This document shows positions 21,114 through 30,857 of a stretch of 64,000 bases of DNA, piece by piece. Source of the DNA: an uncultured Nitrospiraceae bacterium. GTDB lineage: Bacteria > Nitrospirota > Nitrospiria > Nitrospirales > Nitrospiraceae. A model generated the notes under the pieces. The model saw nothing but the letters and a program-made list of their open reading frames with translations, had not been told where the DNA came from and made no database searches. Location of the stretch: contig CAVPLT010000001.1 in the NCBI GenBank assembly GCA_963706325.1, forward strand, positions 832,001-896,000. The letters run 5' to 3'. Both the position numbers and the translations under genes were made by a program. Within the stretch, counting starts at the first letter, position 1. Each line of letters begins with the position of its first letter.

Positions 21114-21986
21114 ATGTTCACAGGTTCGTTGGTTGCCATTGTCACGCCGTTTAAAAACGGAAAACTCGACGAGCGAGCGTTCGGCGACCTTATTGAGTGG
21201 CAGATTGGCAGCGGTACTCATGGGATTGTTCCCTGCGGAACCACTGGGGAATCCGCCACGTTGACTCACGCCGAGCACGATCGTGTCGTGACCTTTGCTG
21301 TGGAGGCCGTCAGAGGCCGTATTCCAGTTGTGGCCGGGACGGGGTCCAATAGTACCGAAGAAGCCATTGCTTTGACCAAACACGCCAAAGCTGCCGGGGT
21401 GGATGGAGCCCTACTGATCACGCCCTATTACAACAAGCCCACGCAAGAAGGTCTGTTTCTTCATTACAAGGCGGTTGCGGAAGCCGTGGATCTGCCTCTC
21501 GTACTTTATAATATTCCAGGACGAACCGGCGTGAATATGTTGCCGAGCACCGTTGCGCGCCTGACAGCATGCCGGACTATTGTCGCTGTCAAGGAAGGAA
21601 GCGGCTCGGTTCAACAGGCATCTGAAATCATTCAGCTCTGTGGCGCGCGCCTGACAGTGCTGGCAGGAGATGATGCCTTGACCTTGCCGATAATGGCTCT
21701 GGGGGGCAAGGGGGTCATCACCGTTACGGCAAATCTGCTTCCTCGGGAAATGGCCGAGTTGGTGAATGCGTTTCTCGCCGGACGCGTGGAGGCTGCACGC
21801 GCGATGCACTATCAACTCTCCCCGCTCTTTACGGCGTTATTCTATGAGACCAATCCCATTCCTGTGAAGGAAGCGCTACACATGATGGGCAAAATCGAGA
21901 GCGAAATGCGTTTGCCGCTCTGTCCAATGAGCCAAGACAACAGAGTGAAACTTCTTCATGTAATGAAAGAAGCCGGACTGGTGTAA
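21114..21986 (+). CDS. dapA: 4-hydroxy-tetrahydrodipicolinate synthase
   Basis: GTTGES, PYYNKP, YNIPGRT. Confidence 0.96.
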   Translation: MFTGSLVAIVTPFKNGKLDERAFGDLIEWQIGSGTHGIVPCGTTGESATLTHAEHDRVVTFAVEAVRGRIPVVAGTGSNSTEEAIALTKHAKAAGVDGALLITPYYNKPTQEGLFLHYKAVAEAVDLPLVLYNIPGRTGVNMLPSTVARLTACRTIVAVKEGSGSVQQASEIIQLCGARLTVLAGDDALTLPIMALGGKGVITVTANLLPREMAELVNAFLAGRVEAARAMHYQLSPLFTALFYETNPIPVKEALHMMGKIESEMRLPLCPMSQDNRVKLLHVMKEAGLV

Positions 21987-22016
21987 CCAGGTCTGTTGCT
22001 GCCAAAGGCTGTTGTA

Positions 22017-22820
22017 ATGATTAAAGTTGTGGTGACCGGGGCCGCTGGGCGCATGGGATCTCGCCTTGTGGCGTTGGTAAAAGATTCGGCGTTTCTGACA
22101 CTTGCGGGTGCAGTGGAGAGCCAGGGGCACCATGCCGTGGGTGAGGATGCCGGTGAAGTCGCTGGCTGTGGGCGAACCGGCGTGTTGATTACGGACGATC
22201 TTTCCAGGGCAATGGAGCGTGGTGAGGTGGTAGTCGATTTTACAACGCCTTCGGCGACGCTTGGGCATTTGGGCATCGTGGCTCAGCACAGGCGGGGAAT
22301 TGTGGTTGGAACGACAGGTTTTTCCCCTTTGGAGTTGGACGGACTGCGGCAATTTTCTCAACAAATTCCCTGCGTGTTCTCTCCCAACATGAGCGTAGGT
22401 GTCAATGTGATGTATGAAGTCATTGCGGAAATGGCTAAGACGCTCGGCGAAGACTATGACATTGAAGTGATTGAAGCGCATCATCGTCTCAAGAAGGATG
22501 CCCCGAGCGGCACCGCTTTGAAAATAGCGGAAGTGCTTGCTCGTGCAGTCAGCCGAGATCTTGAGCAGGTTGGTGTATACAGCCGAAAGGGACTTATAGG
22601 TGAGCGGAAAAGGGGAGAGATTGGGATTCAAACTATACGCGCAGGTGACATAGTTGGAGACCACACAGTTATGTTTGCAGCACTCGGCGAACGCATCGAG
22701 GTTACTCACCGCGCCAGTAGCCGTGATACATTTGCTCGCGGAGCCTTACGCGCTGCACGATGGGTTGTCAGGCAACCTGCAGGCCTTTACGATATGGCGG
22801 ATGTCTTGAGCCTCAAGTAA
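22017..22820 (+). CDS. dapB: 4-hydroxy-tetrahydrodipicolinate reductase
   Basis: GAAGRMG, GTTG, EAHHRLKKDAPSGTA. Confidence 0.96.
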   Translation: MIKVVVTGAAGRMGSRLVALVKDSAFLTLAGAVESQGHHAVGEDAGEVAGCGRTGVLITDDLSRAMERGEVVVDFTTPSATLGHLGIVAQHRRGIVVGTTGFSPLELDGLRQFSQQIPCVFSPNMSVGVNVMYEVIAEMAKTLGEDYDIEVIEAHHRLKKDAPSGTALKIAEVLARAVSRDLEQVGVYSRKGLIGERKRGEIGIQTIRAGDIVGDHTVMFAALGERIEVTHRASSRDTFARGALRAARWVVRQPAGLYDMADVLSLK

Positions 22821-23109
22821 TTCCCGCAGGTTGTATCCATGGGCGACTTATGGAGGCGATGGGTAGAGGCCGACCCGAAATGCAAGTGAGTGATGGTCTC
22901 GGCTTATGTTTCAACTCCAGCTTGTGAAATAGTGAACTAATGATGAATCAAGCGTCGAGTCTCTAGGCTGGTCTGTTGGACATCGGGGGAGTAGGGAAGC
23001 GGCAAGGGAATCTGAACTCAGGACTGTATAGCAATCCTGAATTCACATAATAGAGGTTGCCAGCTCATTGCAGACGATCGCACTCTGAAGTTTTGTAATC
23101 GTCGAGGCG

Positions 23110-23262
23110 CTAATGTCGCGAGGTGATCGGTCTCGGTTCTGCATCTGCTGCTTTTCGTCGTCCACAGTTTAGGCAGGCAAGCACTGTGATCGCTAAACCA
23201 GCATTGAGGTCAACCGCCCGCTCAGGCAACATCGTTCCGCGGCATTTGTCACATTTATGCAT
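23110..23262 (-). CDS. 50-aa Zn-finger microprotein
   Basis: CDKCRGTM...CLNCG. Confidence 0.55.
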   Translation of the reverse strand: MHKCDKCRGTMLPERAVDLNAGLAITVLACLNCGRRKAADAEPRPITSRH

Positions 23263-23483
23263 GTAGGGCTTATAACATCGCGTTGTATGAGAAACCATCC
23301 ATCTGAAGTACTGTTTAATACTGGTAAAAAGCCCTTGTGGGCACAAAGGTACCTAGGCCATTTGGTCCTATCGTTGCCCGTTAGTCCCTTGTCTCTTATT
23401 ACAGAAAAAAATGAGCAAGCCTTTTATTATAATGGTTACCTGAAAGACCGCTATAGATTGGGGGGCATCTAAGGTGGGACGCT

Positions 23484-23756
23484 ATGTATAGAGTGATTGT
23501 AATATCGCTGTTGTTGGCGCTCACTTATTATCTTATCCGGAAGGCAGTCCTCAAGCAAAAGGAGACCGGTGGATGGCTTAGTCAGGAAAAGGGTCGTGAC
23601 CGAGGAAATCAGATGGTACAAGATCCCGTTTGTCGAGTTTTTGTTCCTCGTGCGAATGCAGTACAGGAAGATATCGGAGGGCAGACGTACTTTTTTTGTA
23701 GCGCAGGGTGTGCGAAGGCATTCCAGAAACAACTCTCGAATCAACAACCGGAGTAG
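23484..23756 (+). CDS. Membrane-anchored YHS/TRASH-domain protein
   Basis: TM segment plus DPVC...YFFCSAGC. Confidence 0.8.
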   Translation: MYRVIVISLLLALTYYLIRKAVLKQKETGGWLSQEKGRDRGNQMVQDPVCRVFVPRANAVQEDIGGQTYFFCSAGCAKAFQKQLSNQQPE

Positions 23757-24067
23757 TTCGAGTCGGACACAATTTCGTCCCTGTCAAAGAACAGAATCAT
23801 CTGGCATTCGGTCGCTTTAAAGTTAAATAACAGCGGGCCCCCTTTCCCACCTGCAATTCGGTTGTATGTCCACTTTTCCCCACCAAAGAATCGAGCGCTC
23901 CGAGCGTCGGGTGAGCCCAATTCCTTTTCAATCCACGCCTTGTCCTTTCCTTGATAACGAGTCAAAGAGGCATCCAAATAGGGGTTGTGACTGCAAGCGG
24001 ATCCGACGAAGCCTATAGCTAATAGCCAAGGTAATGTACGCATGCCGAGTCTCCTCATGACGCACAA
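23741..24067 (-). CDS. Small lipoprotein (BamE/SmpA-like; start uncertain)
   Basis: Lipobox GSAC, ELGSPD..EKWTY. Confidence 0.6.
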   Translation of the reverse strand: MCVMRRLGMRTLPWLLAIGFVGSACSHNPYLDASLTRYQGKDKAWIEKELGSPDARSARFFGGEKWTYNRIAGGKGGPLLFNFKATECQMILFFDRDEIVSDSNYSGC

Positions 24068-24236
24068 ATCATTGTGTTCGAAAAATCACATGCTCCGTAG
24101 TGGAATTAGTGACAATCGTACTCTGTATCAAACGAATGTACCACGTAAATGGTTGACGGGTTGCCTTGTTATTGAGTACCACCTAGAATATAGATCGTAG
24201 GTTAATGGTGAAAGCGCAATAAGAAAGGATAGCTTC

Positions 24237-24896
24237 ATGAAACTCTATCTTGACACGGCCAATGTAAAGGAAATCCAAGAGGGGGCAAGCCTTGGCCTCA
24301 TCGATGGCGTTACAACCAATCCATCACTCGTGGCCAGAGAAGGCGGCAGTTTTAAAGACATGCTCCTGGAAATTTGCAAAATGGTCGACGGTCCAATCAG
24401 TGCCGAGGTGGTTGGTATCGAATCCGAAGGGATGATTAAAGAAGGCCGCGAACTGGCCAAGATTCACAAAAATATCGTGGTGAAGGTTCCACTTATTCCT
24501 GAGGGGCTTCGCGCAACCAAAAAGCTTTCAGCCGAAGGCATTCGAGTGAATGTGACCTTGTGCTTTTCGCCTACCCAAGCACTCTTGGCGGCCAAGGCGG
24601 GGGCTTGGTGTGTCTCGCCCTTTATTGGTCGCCTGGACGACATCAGTTCGGATGGAATGGAATTGATTCGGCAGATCGTGACGATCTACGACAATTACGA
24701 TTACAAAACCCAGGTTCTAGTAGCAAGTGTGCGGCATCCCCAGCACGTTGTAGAGGCGGCCCTGGCCGGCGGGCATATTTGCACCATGCCCTATTCAGTA
24801 TTTCAGCAACTTGTGAAACATCCGCTAACCGATATTGGTTTGAAGAAGTTTCTTGCTGATTGGGACGCGATGGGGAAAAAAGTCACAGGCTCCTGA
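24237..24896 (+). CDS. fsa: Transaldolase / fructose-6-phosphate aldolase
   Basis: [22 protein letters not shown]. Confidence 0.9.
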   Translation: MKLYLDTANVKEIQEGASLGLIDGVTTNPSLVAREGGSFKDMLLEICKMVDGPISAEVVGIESEGMIKEGRELAKIHKNIVVKVPLIPEGLRATKKLSAEGIRVNVTLCFSPTQALLAAKAGAWCVSPFIGRLDDISSDGMELIRQIVTIYDNYDYKTQVLVASVRHPQHVVEAALAGGHICTMPYSVFQQLVKHPLTDIGLKKFLADWDAMGKKVTGS

Positions 24897-24909
24897 GAGG
24901 GACTGGACT

Positions 24910-25599
24910 TTACGAAGTGGTCGATAGTCGACATTTTGCCTCGAAGAAAATCCGATGGAACATCGCTCGAGTCAGCTTGCCGGTGAAGGTATTTTGCTGG
25001 CTCGGATGGTAAGACCCGATTAAAGTTACTCCCGAGGGCAATACACACGTCGCCCCATGACCAAATTGGGGGCGTGGATGGGGGAGCTCATCCCCCAATT
25101 CACGAATAGCTTTTTGATACTGATCAAACGCAATCTTGCCCAGTGTCACAACCACCCGTACTCGCCGCAATTCCCGCAGTTCGCCTAAAACGAACGGCCG
25201 ACAAGCCGTGAATTCATCGAGCGTCGGCTTATTGGCCGGAGGTGCACATCGCACGGACGCGCCGATATAGCAATCGGCAAGTGTGAGGCCATCATTCCTG
25301 TGAGTGGAAGTCGCCTGATTCGCGAACCCGAATCGATACAACGCTTCGTAGAGCCAATCCCCACTTCGATCCCCAGTAAAAATGCGTCCGGTTCGATTTC
25401 CGCCGTGCGCAGCTGGGGCGAGCCCCAGGATATATAGTCTGGCATGCGGATCTCCAAAGCCAGGAATTGGCTTGCCCCAATAGGAGCAATCCCGGTATTG
25501 CCGTCGCTTATTCCGAGCAACGGCTTCTCGGTAGGTGACTAGTCGCGGGCAGCGCATACAGCTGATAATTTCCGCGTTGAGCTTCGCGAGCGCGATCAT
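24910..25599 (-). CDS. Uracil-DNA glycosylase family 5
   Basis: CMRCPRL, GLAPAAHGGNRTGR, YHPSQQN. Confidence 0.9.
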   Translation of the reverse strand: MIALAKLNAEIISCMRCPRLVTYREAVARNKRRQYRDCSYWGKPIPGFGDPHARLYILGLAPAAHGGNRTGRIFTGDRSGDWLYEALYRFGFANQATSTHRNDGLTLADCYIGASVRCAPPANKPTLDEFTACRPFVLGELRELRRVRVVVTLGKIAFDQYQKAIRELGDELPHPRPQFGHGATCVLPSGVTLIGSYHPSQQNTFTGKLTRAMFHRIFFEAKCRLSTTS

Positions 25600-25688
25600 G
25601 ATGCGTGAGTGTATCAAACCCACGAGTTGCTTGTCCTGCAGAGACCTTATTGATAGCATGGCCTCTCAGCTGAGACGAAAGGGATGAC

Positions 25689-26768
25689 ATGGGTAGGAAT
25701 GATCGGGTTATGCGGACCGTCGGAATGTGTTTCAGGGGCGCGCTGGGGCTTGCGATGTTGGCTGTTGTATTGCCCTCACAGCCGGATGCCACGGCCTCGG
25801 CTCAGACCAGGTTACATGATGTATCCAGTTTGCCAGAGCCGGACGGAGCTGTGACTCCCCTGGTGGGTGAGTCAGAGGTTGCATCCGAGCTAGAAGATCG
25901 GCTGGTGATACTTCCTGAAATTAAAAGGGATGGGGAGAGATTTTTCTTGAGCTCGTTCAAGTTGCCCGACAAGCTGACCTTCGCCGGTCAATCGGTTCCT
26001 TTGGATAATTGGCAAGTACGGGAGCGTGTCGAATACGAGTTCTATCAATTTCTCGAGGACCAGGGTGAAAGCATTATCCTGGCAAAACGGACTGGCCGTT
26101 GTTTTGCGCCTGCTGAAAAGCAACTGGCCGATGCCGGGTTGCCGGATGACTTGAAATACATGTTGCTTGTCGAGAGTAAATGTATTGCCGCCGCCTATTC
26201 TCGGGCCAAAGCGTCCGGACCCTGGCAATTCATCAATTCCACCGGACGACGATACAAATTGCATAATGAACGGTGGCTGGATGAACGGCGCAACCTCGAA
26301 ATGTCCACCGAAGCAGCCATCAAGTACCTGCGCTATCTACGGGACCTGCAGCAAGGGGACTGGTTCCTTGCAATGGCGTCCTACAATGCTGGGGAGGATC
26401 GCGTTCGGAAGTTGATCAAAGAGCAGAATGTCAGTGACTTCTGGCACATGCATGGTCCGCGAGAGACCATGCGATACGTGGCGCGGATCATTGCGGCGAA
26501 AGAAATCTACTCTCAGCCTGAAAGATATCTGGGTTTGACCAAGAAAGATCTCTACCCTCCCCTTGAAACGGAAACCGTGACGGTAACGATCAAGGAAACG
26601 CAACGGCGTCTCACATTGATCGCTCAGGAGTATGGTACCTACTTTCTTGAATTGAAAATGCTCAATCCCGAATTTACGAAGGACTACTTGCCAAAGGGAA
26701 CCTACCAGGTTAAGGTACCGCGACAGACCTGTCCGAATCGCTGCTTCAAACAAGACAAATTGCCGTAG
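25689..26768 (+). CDS. Lytic transglycosylase (SLT domain, MltD-like)
   Basis: LVES, ASGPWQF, ASYNAG, ETMRYV. Confidence 0.85.
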   Translation: MGRNDRVMRTVGMCFRGALGLAMLAVVLPSQPDATASAQTRLHDVSSLPEPDGAVTPLVGESEVASELEDRLVILPEIKRDGERFFLSSFKLPDKLTFAGQSVPLDNWQVRERVEYEFYQFLEDQGESIILAKRTGRCFAPAEKQLADAGLPDDLKYMLLVESKCIAAAYSRAKASGPWQFINSTGRRYKLHNERWLDERRNLEMSTEAAIKYLRYLRDLQQGDWFLAMASYNAGEDRVRKLIKEQNVSDFWHMHGPRETMRYVARIIAAKEIYSQPERYLGLTKKDLYPPLETETVTVTIKETQRRLTLIAQEYGTYFLELKMLNPEFTKDYLPKGTYQVKVPRQTCPNRCFKQDKLP

Positions 26769-26773
26769 TTCGT

Positions 26774-28114
26774 ATGATCAAAGTCGGCGTCTCGCAGCGT
26801 GGAACACGCGCCCTCCTCACAAGGCTGTTCCAGGCGGCATTGGAGGCCGTCGATCCTTACGAGACCGTATGCCGTCAGGTTCGCTTGCGGCGCGGCCAGC
26901 TCTCCATCGGCGCTCAGCATTATTCGCTTCAGCCAAAAGATCGAATTGTGGTCGTGGGGGCGGGCAAGGCTTCGGCCCGAATGGCACAGGCGTTAGAGCG
27001 TCAAGTGGGGCCGAGGATCGAGACCGGGCTCGTGGTGGTGAAGTACGGTCACGGCGCGCCGACGCAGAGGATTCGTATCGTAGAAGCCGGTCATCCTGTG
27101 CCGGATGCAGCAGGGATCCGGGCCAGTCACATGATGATGGCCCTGATCGGGAGGCTGAAGCCGAACGATCTGTTGATCGTGCTCCTGTCCGGTGGAGCGT
27201 CGAGTCTCCTCCCGTCACCCCCGGCAGGCATCAGCCTCAAGGACAAACAGCAGACCACCAAGTTGTTACTGCGCTCCGGCGCAACTATTCAGGAAATGAA
27301 TGCAGTCCGCAAGCATCTGTCGCGTGTGAAGGGCGGGCAACTTGCCGCCGCTACTCCTGCGCGTGTGGCGAGTGTCATCCTGTCGGACGTGATTGGAAAT
27401 GATCTCGGGACGATCGGGTCCGGTCCAACCGCACCGGATCCCACGACATTTCGTGAGGCCTGGACGATCTTGGAGCGATACGGGGTATCCACACGTGTTC
27501 CGATGCCCGTGCGACGGCGAATGGAGGCGGGCCTCAATAATTCTGTGGCGGAAACACCCAAAGCCGGCGACGCGCTCTTTCGTCGAGTGCAGAATGTGCT
27601 CATCGGCGATAATCAGGCCGCAGTCGATGCCGTTGCGCGGTGTGCGAAGGAGCAGGGGCTCCATACGTTGGTTCTCTCGACCACCGTGACGGGCGAAGCC
27701 CGAGAAATCGCCAAATTATTCGGTGCGATGGCACGGGAAATCGTGGCACATGGACGGCCCTCCCGGCGCCCCTGCTGCCTGGTTGCAGGGGGGGAAACCA
27801 CAGTGACGATGCGAGGCCAGGGGCAGGGTGGGCGAGCCCAGGAGTTCGCATTGGCCGCGGCACTGGAAATTGCAGGGTTACCGAAGGTGTGGGTGGCCGG
27901 TTTCGCCACAGACGGCACGGACGGGCCGACCCCCGTCGCAGGGGCGGTCGTGAATGGTGAGACTGTGGCGCGGGCGGAACGCGGTAAGTTGGATCTGATC
28001 GGCGCGCTTCAGGCGAACGATGCCTACCCTGTCTTCAAGAAACTCAACGGCCATATCATGACCGGACCCACCGGGACCAACGTGAACGATCTTTACGTCC
28101 TCCTCGCGCTCTAG
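26774..28114 (+). CDS. Glycerate 2-kinase (MOFRL family)
   Basis: GAGKAS, AGHPVPD, SGGASSL, GGETTV, TGPTGTNVND. Confidence 0.9.
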   Translation: MIKVGVSQRGTRALLTRLFQAALEAVDPYETVCRQVRLRRGQLSIGAQHYSLQPKDRIVVVGAGKASARMAQALERQVGPRIETGLVVVKYGHGAPTQRIRIVEAGHPVPDAAGIRASHMMMALIGRLKPNDLLIVLLSGGASSLLPSPPAGISLKDKQQTTKLLLRSGATIQEMNAVRKHLSRVKGGQLAAATPARVASVILSDVIGNDLGTIGSGPTAPDPTTFREAWTILERYGVSTRVPMPVRRRMEAGLNNSVAETPKAGDALFRRVQNVLIGDNQAAVDAVARCAKEQGLHTLVLSTTVTGEAREIAKLFGAMAREIVAHGRPSRRPCCLVAGGETTVTMRGQGQGGRAQEFALAAALEIAGLPKVWVAGFATDGTDGPTPVAGAVVNGETVARAERGKLDLIGALQANDAYPVFKKLNGHIMTGPTGTNVNDLYVLLAL

Positions 28115-28131
28115 GTATCATCTCTGTTCAT

Positions 28132-30765
28132 ATGCCTGATCCATTGATTCTTTCCCTGGAGGAGAGTCGCGATCGGCGTCTCGTCGGCGGCAAGGCGGCC
28201 GGCTTAGCAAAACTGATTGGTGCCGGCTTTGCGGTGCCGCGAGGATTTTGCGTGACGACGGCCCTGTATCGGCATTGCCTCGAAGCGAGTGGGATTGATG
28301 CGGCGGAGGCGTGGAAAAAGGTACGGCATTCTTCCGAAGCACAGCGAATTCAGGAGCAGGCACGCATTCGAGATGTGTTATTAGCGCAGCCCTGGCCGGC
28401 GGGATTCCAAGCCGATTTGAACCACCAATTGACGAATGTGGCTGACGACCCCTGGACGCGTTGGGCGGTGCGTTCTTCTGCGACCAATGAAGATGCGACC
28501 GAGGCGAGTGCCGCCGGGTTCTATCACACGGGACTCGGCCTGTCTCAGCCAGAGGTGCTCGATGCCATCCGCGACTGCTGGATCTCGTTGTGGTGCGCAC
28601 ACGTAGGTCCCTATCTACTGCGGTCTGGCGCGGACATGGTCTGTCCTGCCATGGCTGTGGTGGTTCAGCCAATGCTCGACGCGAAGGCGGCGGGCGTCGC
28701 CTACTCGATTCACCCAGTGACGGGGCGGACCTCCCAGGTTGCCATCAACGCCGTGCCTGGACTGGCATCCGCTCTTGTGAGCGGAGAAGTCACACCAGAC
28801 CAGTATGTGGTCGAGGTTGAAGGGGTATCTGCCCAGCCGCCGCGTATCCGGCGCCGGCTCGTGACCCGGAAGCTGCAGAAGTTGGTTGCGACTACGCAGG
28901 GCGTACGGCCGGAACCAATTCCGACCGCCGACGAACAGCAATCATCTCTCTCCGACGAACAACTCTTTGAACTTGCCAGGCTGTCGAAACTAATCGAAGC
29001 CGCATTTCAACAACCTGTCGATGTCGAATGGGTGTGGGATACCGAGCGGCTGTGGGTGCTGCAAGCGCGCCCGATCACGGCTGTGCGACCTCTCCGGACG
29101 CTGACGAACGATGAATGTGAGTGGACGCGGGCCAATTTCAAAGAAACTATGCCGGAATTGCCAAGCCCTCTGAGTATTTCCTTTCTTGAGCGCTTTATGG
29201 ACGAATACATACTCGCACCCTATCGGCGACTCGGTTGCACCATTCCCGAAGGACTTTCAGCGGTGCGAGTGTTGCGCGGACGTCCATACGTTAACGTGAC
29301 CCTGTTCTACTCGTTTGTCGTTCAGCTATACGGAAACCCGGCGTTTTTAACCGAGCAGATGGGTGGCGACCGCCTTACCGTGACTCCTCCTGTGCGGCCG
29401 CTCGGGCCGTTCGCTCTCCTCCGAGCGGGGTTTATCATGCTGCGGGAATGGCGCAGGGTAGCAAGGCAAGCGCCACTCAATTTCGCCATCATGAAACAGA
29501 TGTCGGAGAGGTACCGTTCCGATCACATCCAGCACCTGTCAGTACGGGACCTAACGGAGACACTCAACAATTTAGGCCAATGGCTTGACGACCATGAAGT
29601 CACCTTCGGGATCGTCGGTGGCGTGGCGCAGAGTCTCCAGGCCTTAGGAACGTTCCTGCCAGGGTGGCTTGGGCCGGACTGGCGGGAGTTACTCAATGCC
29701 TCCGTGCAAGGGCAGGGGAACGTGATTAGCGCACAGCAACTTGTGCGACTCGCCGAACTCGTAGAGGTTGCGCGGAGAGAGCCGGTAGTTCAACGATGGT
29801 TCTTAACGGAGGCCTGGTCGGCGCATCGTTTTCGAGAAACACTCGCGGGAACGGAGTTTCTGCGGTTGTTTGAACGCTACCTGCTGGATTATGGGCATAG
29901 GGCAGTCGGAGAATCTGATGTGATGTCTGTACGAATTGCGGAGCAGCCCGAAGCTATTTTGGCCGTGCTTCAGACACAAGTCCGGTCACATGAAACCGCC
30001 GCTCCCGCCGAGATTGTGGCGCGCCAGACGAAGCGGCGAGACGCAGCGATCGCAGAGATCACTCAGCGATTTGGCCGGTGCCGCTATCGGGGGATGATAT
30101 TTCGTTGGTGGTACAGGCGGCTTTGCCGATTTTGTGCCTTGCGAGAGGCCAACCGTCATCATCTTATGTACTATTCGACAGCCATGCGACATTTATTGCT
30201 CCGGCTGGGAGAGCGAATGGTGGACCAGGGCGCCATGGCCCACCGGGAGGATATATTTTTTCTCACGCTGGACGAACGCACGGCATTGGGACAGAGTTCA
30301 CAGTGCGACTGGCGTCAGTTGGTCCGGGATCGTCGCGAGGAACGGGCTCGTAACGAGGCCGTGCAGGTTCCCGACACGATTCGGGATTGGGATGAGACCG
30401 CCGACACTCAAAGCGGTCAGTTGATAGGCGTCGAAATAGACGGAGACTTGCGCGGCATTGCCATTAGCGCCGGGATAGCACGTGGTCCAGTACGGATCGT
30501 GCGGTTGGCTGCAGATTGGAAACGCGTGCAGGCGGGCGACATTCTGGTCGTGCCCGTGATCGATCCCGGCATGGCGCCACTCTTCGGCGTCGCGGCCGGT
30601 TTGGTCGCTGAGATGGGAGGCACGCTTTCGCACGGCGCCATCATCGCACGGGAGTATGGCCTTCCGGTCCTGGTCAATGTGCCCTATGCAACCAGCCTTT
30701 TGCGCGATGAGGAACGGGTCCAAATCACCAGTTCGACAGGCATAATCAAGCGGTTGGTCTCTTGA
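28132..30765 (+). CDS. PEP-utiliser/pyruvate-phosphate-dikinase-like phosphotransferase (rifampin phosphotransferase architecture)
   Basis: N-terminal GGKA/VRSSA/LQARPIT ATP-binding domain, large middle domain, C-terminal SHGAIIAREYGLP phospho-His domain. Confidence 0.85.
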   Translation: MPDPLILSLEESRDRRLVGGKAAGLAKLIGAGFAVPRGFCVTTALYRHCLEASGIDAAEAWKKVRHSSEAQRIQEQARIRDVLLAQPWPAGFQADLNHQLTNVADDPWTRWAVRSSATNEDATEASAAGFYHTGLGLSQPEVLDAIRDCWISLWCAHVGPYLLRSGADMVCPAMAVVVQPMLDAKAAGVAYSIHPVTGRTSQVAINAVPGLASALVSGEVTPDQYVVEVEGVSAQPPRIRRRLVTRKLQKLVATTQGVRPEPIPTADEQQSSLSDEQLFELARLSKLIEAAFQQPVDVEWVWDTERLWVLQARPITAVRPLRTLTNDECEWTRANFKETMPELPSPLSISFLERFMDEYILAPYRRLGCTIPEGLSAVRVLRGRPYVNVTLFYSFVVQLYGNPAFLTEQMGGDRLTVTPPVRPLGPFALLRAGFIMLREWRRVARQAPLNFAIMKQMSERYRSDHIQHLSVRDLTETLNNLGQWLDDHEVTFGIVGGVAQSLQALGTFLPGWLGPDWRELLNASVQGQGNVISAQQLVRLAELVEVARREPVVQRWFLTEAWSAHRFRETLAGTEFLRLFERYLLDYGHRAVGESDVMSVRIAEQPEAILAVLQTQVRSHETAAPAEIVARQTKRRDAAIAEITQRFGRCRYRGMIFRWWYRRLCRFCALREANRHHLMYYSTAMRHLLLRLGERMVDQGAMAHREDIFFLTLDERTALGQSSQCDWRQLVRDRREERARNEAVQVPDTIRDWDETADTQSGQLIGVEIDGDLRGIAISAGIARGPVRIVRLAADWKRVQAGDILVVPVIDPGMAPLFGVAAGLVAEMGGTLSHGAIIAREYGLPVLVNVPYATSLLRDEERVQITSSTGIIKRLVS

Positions 30766-30857
30766 CGTTTGTTTTCTTTTCTCGTAGCATCTACGCGATT
30801 TCCCTACAGAAAGCGTCGAGAAATATCCAGCCGTTCTGCATGTGGTAGGGAAGCGTC

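Noticed and set aside
22895..23070. dif-like half sites (TTATGTTTCAACT; AATTCACATAA)
   Set aside because: The two arms are not juxtaposed across a 6-bp spacer, so no complete XerC/D site exists.
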